64,000 nt of DNA from Candidatus Krumholzibacteriota bacterium (GTDB lineage: Bacteria > Krumholzibacteriota > Krumholzibacteriia > JAJRXK01), in the NCBI GenBank assembly GCA_963806035.1, contig CAWDWO010000031.1, forward strand, positions 1-64,000. Reading direction: 5' to 3'. A model generated the notes under the pieces. The model was not told where the DNA came from, did no database searches, and saw nothing but the letters and a program-made list of their open reading frames with translations. This document shows, in pieces, positions 10,136-19,800 of this stretch. The position numbers and the translations under genes were made by a program. Position 1 is the first letter of the stretch. Each line of letters opens with the position of its first letter.

Positions 10136-10999
10136 TCAGGGCGCCAGGTAGCGGTTGGCGTAAGTCACGAACTCGATGTCCAAGTTCCCCGTGACTTCCT
10201 CGCGTCGGCGCTCCCGGTAAGGATTGATGTCGTCGACCTTCACTCCGCCCACGAAGGGAAGATTCTGGGCCGTCAGCAACTTCAGGGCGAACTCGAGACT
10301 CTTGGTGGTGTTCATGACCTTGAACACGGCCTTGTCGTCGTCGGCGGAAACCAGATACCAGACCATGGGCGCCTGGGGCGCTTCCTCGCCCTCCTTGAGC
10401 TCCTGATCCTTCGGGGCCTCCCACTCGTAGTCGGGACGCAGCTCCACGTGACCGGCGGTCTGGAATTCGGTTCCGATCCGGTCCTCCATGTCCTTCTGCT
10501 GACTGCTGCGCGCGTTGTACGGCATCTTGCTCAAATCGAATCCCGAGATCTCCTCCAACTTCGGATCGGTGAAGTTGGGCAAAATGAAATTCTCACAGGA
10601 GTCCACGTCGGTGGTGGTCATCCCGTCCTTCACTCGTTTCACCATGAGATAGACCGTGGGGGTGAAGAACTTCTGCACTCCGAGGATCTTTCCCTGCCAG
10701 TTCGGAGCGCGATTCTCCAGATCGTTCGCCACGAGCAACTCGAGAAGATTGGGATCCTTGGGATCGCGCACGATGGCGGTATTCCCATCGATGTACACGA
10801 ATTCAGGGCAGTCGATTTCGAAGAGGAAGCCGATACTCTCCACATTCCCGCGGGTCACGTCCCGGAGACTTCCGTAGACGTAGGGATCGACCTCTTCCTT
10901 CTTGCTACAACCGTTGACCAGAGTCAGCAGTGCAGCCACAGCCAGGAGCGCAGCTCCGATGCTGAAGCGTTGCCAACCGAAACGGTGCGTCGAACTCAT
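10136..10999 (-). CDS. hypothetical lipoprotein
   Basis: Hydrophobic signal ending LVNG-C; GGAGG RBS; own promoter and terminator. Confidence 0.8.
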   Translation of the reverse strand: MSSTHRFGWQRFSIGAALLAVAALLTLVNGCSKKEEVDPYVYGSLRDVTRGNVESIGFLFEIDCPEFVYIDGNTAIVRDPKDPNLLELLVANDLENRAPNWQGKILGVQKFFTPTVYLMVKRVKDGMTTTDVDSCENFILPNFTDPKLEEISGFDLSKMPYNARSSQQKDMEDRIGTEFQTAGHVELRPDYEWEAPKDQELKEGEEAPQAPMVWYLVSADDDKAVFKVMNTTKSLEFALKLLTAQNLPFVGGVKVDDINPYRERRREEVTGNLDIEFVTYANRYLAP

Positions 11000-11092
11000 C
11001 GAGTCTTCCTCCGTACTTTGAGCAATCTGCCTTCAAGGCTTGGCATGAATTCCGGCGGGCGCGGCAAGAGTGGCTGCCCGAACAACCCGGGT

Positions 11093-11122
11093 ACGATAAG
11101 GTCCGTCCCCTCGGGCTGTCAA
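11093..11122 (-). promoter_or_regulatory. putative promoter of lipoprotein gene
   Basis: TTGACA-18 bp-TATCGT. Confidence 0.55.
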
Positions 11123-11128
11123 CCGCTG

Positions 11129-11644
11129 CTAGTGCTTTCCCTTCAAGCCCGGGATCCAATCAATATCGCCCTGTAACCAGCTCCCGCGCAATTCCCGCTC
11201 ACAGCCGCTGTTGGGCCGCAGAGCGAGGGAGAACGCGACGCTGGGCGGTTGCGCCTGAAGGCCCGAAACGACCAGGGTCAGCGGAGTACCCGCCGGTAGC
11301 GCGCCGATCTGGTCGAGACGATAGTCGGCGGGCCGACCCGCCACAAGCTCCCAGCGCGCATGCGCGACGGCGTGTCCCTCGCGATCCAAAAGAGCGAGAT
11401 CGAGTTGGCAGCTCCCGAGGCCCGTGTAAAACCCGCTGAGAATCGACTCTTCCTGCGGCTGAAGGCCGAGCCTGGGGATCACCCAGAACCAAGTGCTCTG
11501 CCCCAGAGAATCGCCGGCGGGAGCCGTGAGATCGTCCTGGGCGCGAGAAACCGCCACCAGAGAGAGAAGGAGCAGCAAGGGCAGAAAAATTCTCGAGCGC
11601 GCGGCCGAAAGGGGGCTGCGCTTTCCTTGGCGAAAAGAACTCAC
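11129..11644 (-). CDS. hypothetical exported protein
   Basis: Basic N-terminus, hydrophobic FLPLLLLLSLVAV and SRA-Q cleavage-like site; fills the gap between genes. Confidence 0.6.
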   Translation of the reverse strand: MSSFRQGKRSPLSAARSRIFLPLLLLLSLVAVSRAQDDLTAPAGDSLGQSTWFWVIPRLGLQPQEESILSGFYTGLGSCQLDLALLDREGHAVAHARWELVAGRPADYRLDQIGALPAGTPLTLVVSGLQAQPPSVAFSLALRPNSGCERELRGSWLQGDIDWIPGLKGKH

Positions 11645-11823
11645 CGTGAAATCCCCCGTGCGAGAGGCAATGAAGACACCGGTCCGGGAGGCTCTCCTTC
11701 GCCCGGTAGACCCCTGGCGTCCCTCGCTGCACGGTACCTCAGAATGGCGTTTGCGTACACCGGGGTTCCCGCCTTTGAGGCTTCTTGCCCAGCTTGACAG
11801 TTTGGCGGCGCGGACCGCTCACT

Positions 11824-12447
11824 TCAACGCAGAGCGGGCAAGCTTCGGCTCGCTTCGATCAGACCCTCGTGGTCCGCGAGCTTGCCGTCCCACAGCGCAT
11901 GAAAGACCTTCCAGTGTCGCGGGAGCAGCAAGCCCCTCTCGGCAAAGGTGCGGAAGAAGAGCCGGCGCCGTTCCGCCAGGGAGATCCCCGGCAAGGAGAG
12001 GGCCTTCAAGCGGCCATCGGTCCACACGTCCCAGCACGCCTGGAACGCGGCTGCATCGCGGCGCGAGAGAAGCGCCGGATCAATCCGTTTGCACAGGAGA
12101 TCGTCAAGTTGCAGTAAATTGCGATGGAGCCAACGGTCGATGCGAAGTCGATCGATGCGTTCGGTGGCGAGCTCCTGGATCCGATCCTCGTCGAGATCCA
12201 CCGCGCGGTGTTCCAGCGCGGCGCGGGGCGTGAGAAGGTCGAGGATCGAGGCGTAGACGATCGCGCACAGTCCTTCGCGAACGCTTTCGATCTGCCAGAA
12301 TCCACCCACTTCGAATTCGGGAGCGTCCAGCACTACCCGCAGGACCGCGAGCCGGGAGGACATCTCCAGATTGCTTGCGGCAGCCAGCGCGCTTTCCTGG
12401 AGCACGGCTCGCTGGGGGAATCGCTCCGGGATCACTTCGGTTCGCAT
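11824..12447 (-). CDS. hypothetical protein (possible degenerate zincin-like fold)
   Basis: AGGAGG RBS before ATG 12447; WLHRNLLQLDD and WDVWTDGRL segments. Confidence 0.7.
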   Translation of the reverse strand: MRTEVIPERFPQRAVLQESALAAASNLEMSSRLAVLRVVLDAPEFEVGGFWQIESVREGLCAIVYASILDLLTPRAALEHRAVDLDEDRIQELATERIDRLRIDRWLHRNLLQLDDLLCKRIDPALLSRRDAAAFQACWDVWTDGRLKALSLPGISLAERRRLFFRTFAERGLLLPRHWKVFHALWDGKLADHEGLIEASRSLPALR

Positions 12448-12580
12448 GCTCTCCTCCTGACGGCACGCTAGCATCCATGGCTGGACAGCCACAACGACGA
12501 AGGGCCCGCGCCTTGTGGCCCGGACCCTATTCCCTACGACCAATGGTCGCTTCGGGATGCGTGAAGCTTTTGCTTCGATC

Positions 12581-13150
12581 CTAGAACTGAGCCTTCACCG
12601 CTCCCCAGCTCGAGCTCTCGGCCGGCACGGAGACCGAGAAGGTCCCGTCGGTCGCAGCCATCTGGATCAGCGGAGGAGCGATGCTGGGGCACTGAGCATA
12701 GCGCGGCACCGTGTCTCCGGTGGGACCGGGGAAACCGGTCAGGGAGATCGTGGAGGTCGGCAGGGTGGTCGGACAGTAGACCAGCATCGTGAGCACTTCG
12801 TACGTCGGGTGCCAGTCGTTCATCATCAGGATGCAGTCCCCCAATCCAACCTGGACTCCCACCGTGGCGCCCTCGGGCTGATTATAGTAGGGGAAGGCCA
12901 GGCTACCTTCGGCGTAGGTCTGGTTCAAGACCACGATCTCAGGAGGCAGAACGACCTTGAATTCCACGCCTTGCGCGGAATCGTTCATGTCATACATGAC
13001 CACGTGAATTTTGAACGGGGTCGCAGGTTGGAATACCATGTTGTCCACAGTGGCATTACTGTCGAAGAAGATACCCAGTTTGGCTGCGACGGCAGGCGAG
13101 GCCAGGCAGCTGATCAGCAGCATCAAACCAACCAAGCGCAAGCTTTTCAT
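12581..13150 (-). CDS. hypothetical secreted protein with C-terminal SWGxVKxxF motif
   Basis: AAGGAG RBS, signal peptide ending AVA-A, beta-rich body, ends ESSSWGAVKAQF. Confidence 0.85.
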   Translation of the reverse strand: MKSLRLVGLMLLISCLASPAVAAKLGIFFDSNATVDNMVFQPATPFKIHVVMYDMNDSAQGVEFKVVLPPEIVVLNQTYAEGSLAFPYYNQPEGATVGVQVGLGDCILMMNDWHPTYEVLTMLVYCPTTLPTSTISLTGFPGPTGDTVPRYAQCPSIAPPLIQMAATDGTFSVSVPAESSSWGAVKAQF

Positions 13151-13331
13151 GATGGTTGACTCCTTGGAGATTGAATTCGGGTCCGCTATCCACCTACCCC
13201 GGCGATTCCGGTGGCGGCAGGGCCCTCTCTTGCGCTTTGCAAGCGATGGGGCGATGGACCTCCCGTTTTGCACCGCGGGTTCCCCATGGAGAGGTTTCCG
13301 CAGGCCCACGTCAGGCTCTGGCGCATAAGCC

Positions 13332-13823
13332 ATGCCGTTTCGCCCTCTCTCCCGCTTCCTTCCTCACCCTTCCGTTTGGGGCCGCCTGCTGCGTGACCCC
13401 ACGCGCCCGGCGCGGACGAGCGCGAGCGTGGGCCTGGGCGCTCTGGTGGGCGCCACCCCGATCTTGGGGGTCCACACCTGGCTCGCGGCGGTCCTGGCCG
13501 GGATCTTCCGGCTGCCGCCCGCCGCGGCCGTACTGGGAAGCAATCTGAGCAATCCCCTGACGGTCATCCCTTTGACCCTGCTCGAGATCCGCTGCGGAAG
13601 CTGGATGATGGGCCGGGCGCTGCCCTCGCTCTCCGGAGAGTGGAGCTGGAGCATGCTGGCGCCCTACCTGGGCGCGGCCTGGGTGGGCGCGATCCCGGTG
13701 GGGCTCGCGATGGGAGTTCTCAGCGGAGGCGTGGTCTATCTGCTGCTGCGGCTGCGGGGTCGAGCTTCCTCCCCGCAGAGCCCGCCTCAGAGTCGTGAAG
13801 CGAAGGGATCGCGCTCGGAATAG
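13332..13823 (+). CDS. DUF2062-family membrane protein
   Basis: ASVGLGALVGATPILGVHT and SNPLT pattern, several TM helices. Confidence 0.75.
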   Translation: MPFRPLSRFLPHPSVWGRLLRDPTRPARTSASVGLGALVGATPILGVHTWLAAVLAGIFRLPPAAAVLGSNLSNPLTVIPLTLLEIRCGSWMMGRALPSLSGEWSWSMLAPYLGAAWVGAIPVGLAMGVLSGGVVYLLLRLRGRASSPQSPPQSREAKGSRSE

Positions 13824-16800
13824 AGCACGGTAAGACTCTCCTTGATGCGCCCCAGGACCCGATAGTGCAGCTCGGCCGGCTCGTGCCCGGTGCAGAGATA
13901 GAAGCCGCGATCCAGCTCCAAAGCGCTCAGTTCCTCGGCGCCCAAGAGCCAAACCCGAGGGCCCTTGGCCAGGGGATCGACCAGACCCGCGGGGTCCAGA
14001 CCGAGCAGGACGCCCTGCCAGGGCATCGCGGCTCGCTCGTCGAGGTAGGCGGAGAGGCGTGCGGCCGCCGCGTCGTCCTTTTCCACGCGCGGCAACAGAC
14101 GCGTGCTCTGCAGAAGCTGCGCAGCGTCCCAGAGGGACTCGGCCCTCTCCAACGAGCGCGCGAGTTCTCCCAGGGGTTGCAAGTAGGCCTCGGCCGGGTC
14201 GAGCGGTTTCAGAGTGCCGGCTTCGAAGAGCTTGCCCAGCCACTCGCCGAGTTCGGCCGGATCACGTTCGCCGGGCGACACCTCCGCGATCGAGAGCAGC
14301 GCGAGCGCCAACGAACCCGCCATCAGTGGATCCAAATTCGGCCCCTTGGCGGCCAAAGCGAGGGCGAGGAGCAATTCGCGCGGACCGGGAACACAGGCGG
14401 GCATGACCTGCGCGGCCGGCCAAACCGCGATCTCTGCTTCGCGGAGACGGGACGCCAATCGCGGCAAGTCGCCATCGTAAGTGATGACGATGCCCACCCG
14501 CTGGCGTTGCCATTGCTCTCCTGAGAGCGCGCTCTCGATGTGGTGGACGCAGGCCTCGAGGTTGAGAACCTGCTGACGGGTGAGGCGGCCCTTGTCGCGG
14601 CTGCGCGCCTTGATCGAACCGCGCCCGAGAAGGTCTTCCCGCAGCAGAACTTCCCCCGCGCGAGCCAATTCACGGGGAAGACGATGACTGCGGCGCACGC
14701 CGGTATCGCCTCGCAGCGGCGATCCGACCGGCAGCAGCGCCGGATCGGCCGCCGCCCAACGGAATCCCTCGGGAAAGAGACGATCCAGGAACGCGGCCTC
14801 GTCGCTCAAAATCGCGTCGAGATCGTCCACGAAGACTCTGGGGTAGCGATCGCGCCACGCCTCTCCGACGTAGGGATGTTCCACCAGCCAGCGACGCGAG
14901 AGAACGCCCAGTTCGTGCGGCAGCACATAGCCGCCCTCGCGCCGCACCTCCGCCGCACTTCGTTGCAACAACGCCAGATCCAAGCCCTCCGATCCGGCGG
15001 CAGCCAGAGCCACTCCTTCGCCGCCCTCGACCACGCGACGCATGTCCATGAGATCCACGGGGGGGCTCACCCCCGCCTCGCGCGCGTAGCGGCGGCTGGT
15101 CTCGCGGATGAGCCGCCGCCTCAGGTCCTCGCTCTCGGGAGCCACGGCCAGGATCTGCGGTGGACGTTCGAAGCCACCCAGCTCGTAGTGGCAGCGCAGG
15201 AAGTCGAGCACCAACTCGCGCATGGTCACCACGAGCAAGCGCCCCGCTGGCAGTTCGTTCTCGCGCGAGATCTCGGCCCAGCGCAAGAGCCCGGTCGTGT
15301 TGGCCACGATCACCAGCGGGGTCGCGGCTTCAGGATCCTCTTGGGTGCGCGCGAAGAGCGCGCGGCTGCGGCCCGAACCCGGAACACCGAGCAGCCAGGC
15401 CCCGCTCGGCGAAAACTCCACAGCCTCGCTCGGTCTTTCCTTTTGCCGGGGGGGCGTCTTTGGCCAGGGAGCCAGCGCGCTGGGGACCCCGGTGGGGGCG
15501 CTGCGCGCCATGTCCCGCCAGTGCAAGACCTCGTTCGTCTTCAGCTGGGGCAGCGCCAAAGCGGCAGCATGCGGCTCGACTTCAGGAGCTTGCAAGAGTC
15601 CCTCACTCACACACCAGCCGAGAAACGCGCGCGCCGCCTCTCTGCGGGCAGTGTCGTTGAAGAGATCGGCCAAGGAAGAGCCACAAACTTCCTCGCTCTC
15701 GAAGCTGAGTCCCGCCGCGGCCAGGGTGTTCAGAGTCTGCACGACTTCTCTGCTGCCGCGTTCCTGGATCTCCTCGACGGCAAGCCCTTCGCTGGCCATC
15801 GAACGCCAAATCTCCACTGCCGCGGCCAGCTGGGAAACCCGGGCGTCCTTGCGCGGATCTCCCTCTGGTCCCAAGCCCCGGCGGAATCGTCCCTGCCGCG
15901 ATCCCCGGGCGCGCAGCGCTCGCTCGATCCTCCCCAGCGCCTCGCGCGCGCGGAATTCGACTTCAGCGCGCGCCACTTTCCAGCGCAACTGCGACAGCGG
16001 AGGCAGCTCGCCGATCCTCTGCTGGAGCTGACCCTGATCCTCTCCATCCCACATCAGGGGATGATCCATGAAGAGCAGGGTACCGTGATGCCGTCCGCGG
16101 GCATTCAGCCGCGCCAGGGCCGCGCGCAAGCTTCCAGGATCCCGCGGCAGCTTGGCGAAAATCAGCTCTCCCGCCGGAGGTTCTTCGTGCCATAGATCCT
16201 TCAGCACCACCACGCGGACCGACCAGGTCCCCCCCAAGAGTGGTGCGAGTTCGTCTTGAGAGACGATGCCCAGATCGCGCCTGAGGGCGTCGCGTTCGCG
16301 CTCGTGCTCCACGATCACCAACAGTTCGTTCTTCAACCCCTGCCGCGAGAGCCAGTGGACCTGGCTCTTGCGCAGAGCCTGCTCGCCTTTGGCACGATCG
16401 GAAGGAGTGGAGAGAAGCGCGTGACCACAGTGAGTACAGAGGGCAAAGAGGTGCGGCAGCGTCTGTTCTCGTTCGCAGTGCGTGCAGCTCCAGATCGGAT
16501 CCTCCAGCCGGATCCTCTGCCAGCTCCAGCCCTCGAGTTCCCGCGTACTACCGATGAGCGCGGCCTGAGCCCGTAGCTCTTCGGCCAGAGCGGCGATGGG
16601 ACCGCCCGCGCCGGCATCGAACTGATCGGCCAGCGCGAGACAGCTGAGGGAAGAGTCGAATTCGATTGCACGCAATGTAGCCAGGAGATTGGGATCGTGC
16701 GCGGGATGCGACGGCAGGAGACGATCGGCTTCGGCGAAGAGCACCAAGCAGCGGCGTAGCCCGGCCAGCCAGCTGCGCCAGTGCGGCGAAGCGAGCAGCT

Positions 16801-19800
16801 TCGGGGGAACGATCAAGAGATGAATCCGACCCGTCTCCAGTTCCGAGGCAAGATGTTGTCCCTGATGCTCGCCCTGACCCGCGACCGCGACCTCGAAGGG
16901 GGCGTCGGTGAAGAGGTCGGGGTCCTCTTGACCGAGCCAAACCACGAAGTGCGCAGCCAGAGGTCCACCGTCGCGACTCTGTTCGGCCAGAGCGGCCGCG
17001 GTCCAGGCCAGAACCACGCGGTCCTCACGCCCGGCACCTCCCAGCACTCGCCTTCCTCCCCGCTGCATGGGTCCGATTGCATCGGCGAGCGCACGAATCC
17101 GTTCCTCGGGCAGCGCGCGCGCGACCCCCAGCCGCGCGCTGACGGCCGCGATTCGCTGCAGGTCGAAGGGTTGACCCCAATTCGGGACGGCGCGGTTCGA
17201 GCTCTTGTCGAGAAGCTGGGCGCCGCCGGTCGCCGGCGCGGGATCGGTGAGAATGGTTGATTTCGGAGAGACCGACCAGGCGTCGCCGAAGAGTTCGGCA
17301 AGCCGGGGGTCCACGCAGGCCAACTCTTTGGAGGCAAAGCTGGCTGCCGCCGAGAGTCGCAAGAGGGCGAGCACACGGTCCAGATCGCCAGGGGGGCCCA
17401 AGAGTGCGACGACCACGGCCTCGTGCGAGCCCTTTCCGGTGCCGCTCAGAGGGTGGTTCCCCGCGACGTCCTTCCAAGCTCCCATTGCCGCGGCCGGCGC
17501 AATCCACGCGCGCGCCGAGGGAGAGCGTTTGTTCCAGGCCTGTACCCGCGAGCGGATCAGGGCGCGCGATTCCTGTTCGAGCACCCAGGATCCCGGAGCG
17601 TAGCCCGAAGGAGAGAGATGCAGCGCCAACTCACGGCTCTCACCTTCGGCCAGCGGCACAAAACTTCGGCCTTCGGGAAGTCCACGCGAGAGCTCCCGCG
17701 CGAGAGCGTCACCGAAGGGAGCACACTGGCACCAAGCGACTACCGTCTCGGCCGCGGCTGCACGCTCCATGAGAGTATCCAGCACGCGCAGAGCCCGCTC
17801 GTCTTCCAGTCCGGCAAAGATTTCGACGAGGTCATCGCACACGAGTCGGCGCGTGCCTGCCGGCTCACTCTCCTGGCGCTCGAGACATTCGGTCCACTCC
17901 AGCCACACGCGGCTGAGGCGCCGCCGCGTCGCCACTTGTTCCGCCCAGCAACTCTGGCTTGGCGCCAGCCGGCACGTTCCCTCACACGAGCCGCACTCCC
18001 TCAGTCGCGCCAGAAGTTCCTCGCGCGCCTCGGGTCTTCCATTGGAGGAGAGCCATCGGGTCAGATCTCCGTCGGGCGTCGTGGCGAGCTGGTGGTACAG
18101 CCACAGCACGTCCAGCGAACGCGCTTCGTCCACCAGACTCTCCTCGATCCAACCGTCCAGGAGCGCGAAGACGGGTTCGGGACACACGATCGTGTTGGGG
18201 GTGACCCCCACGCGGCGGGCATCGACCTGTCCCACCAGTCCGGCGGCCAACTGGAGCACTCTCTCCTCGGTGCAGCTGAGCACGGTGCATGGTGCGGCCG
18301 AGAGTGCACTCCCCATCAACTCGCCGCTACTGGGATGCCCGGCGATGAGGGCATCGCTGCCGGACAACTCGATGGGAATGTGAGGCAGGCGCTGGCCCGG
18401 CCAGGGACGGTTGGCCAGGGAAGGCCACTCCAGGCGTGCCACTCCGCCCAGCGCATCGAGTTCCGTGATCTCCGAAGATGCCGGTACATCCAGCGTCCGC
18501 AGGGCCTGCGCGAGCCGCCGGGGCAGGCTCAGGCCAACCTCCCCCAGAGCTTCCAGATTCCGCAATCCCCAGTCGCTGCACAGCGCCGCCGACCCGGCCA
18601 GAGAAAGTAGCCGGGGACTCAGCTCTCGCGCGGCGTGTGCAAGAGCGGACCACTGCTCACTGAGGGCGTCGGGAGCCTGAGAGAAGATCGGATGCCGAGA
18701 TCCCGGCTCGGCGCGGGTTCTCGCCGCCTCGACAGAAGTGAAGACAGTCTCAAGCGCCCCCACGCATAGGTGGGGCCTTTCGGCGAACAGGGACAGAATC
18801 CAGGGTGGGGGCGCGGGACCGCAGAGCACGAGACAATCCTCGGGAAGCCAACGATCGACCGCGGCCAGGGCCTCCGTCATCGAGAGCGCGAAGGGGTCGT
18901 CGAGCTTGCTCGATTCGTCGCTCGGTCGCAGTAGGACCAGATCGACCGGAGCACAGCCACTCTGCTTGAGCAGAAGGACCCGTCCCCCTGGTTCTCCTTC
19001 CCACGCCACCGCAGCAAGAACCGATGTGTCGTCCTCAGGACGTCGGCTCTGCAGAAGTTGCACGAGATCCTGTGGAGGCCAGAGCAGACCGAAATGCTTG
19101 GCCAGCGGCGCGAGCGCATTCAGGGTGGACTCGTCAGCCCAGGCGGCGGCCAGCCGCTTTTCGTTGCAGGCCAGTCCCGCCACGATGCGAAGCAAGCTGG
19201 CGGGATCACGCGGCGGATAGACCGCCTGCAGGGCGAAAATCCCCTCCCGCAGCGCGGCCGGAGCACCCAGTGGATCCAAGAGAAGAATGCGGCAACGCAG
19301 CGCGAGCGCCTGTCCCTGCAAGGGATGCCCCTCTCGATCAGCCAGAGGCCCGAGTTGCATCAAGAGCCAGGTGGAGATCGCTTGCAGCAAATCCGCTTTG
19401 GTAGGAAGCCAGTCGTCCACCAGCTCACAGAGCCAACTCCGGCCCTCGTCTCCCCCATCGACCTTTGGATCCAGAAGATCGGGATTCACCGCCACGGCGT
19501 GACGCAGACATCCGCTCAGGTAGGCGCGTACCGCGGCCCAGTGCTCGTTGGGACTCAAGTGGAAGAGCTTGGACTTTCTCTGGAAATTGAGCGCGATCCC
19601 GAGCCGCGCCGTGGAGTCCAAATCGAGAGTTTCCCAATTGTCGGTGAGTCTGGCCCGAGCATCGTTTTCGTGCAGGGCCGCTACATCTTGGAGATCCTTG
19701 AAGAGACGTTCCGCCGCGGCGGGAAACGCCGGACCTTCCTCCTGTGGCTCCTCTCTCTTCACCAGACGGCGCATTCCGCGCAATAGCGGCTCCACGCCCT

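Noticed and set aside
11650..11770. Assignment as SRP RNA, c-di-GMP-I riboswitch or 6S RNA
   Set aside because: Only fragments of each consensus are present; kept as an unassigned candidate in findings
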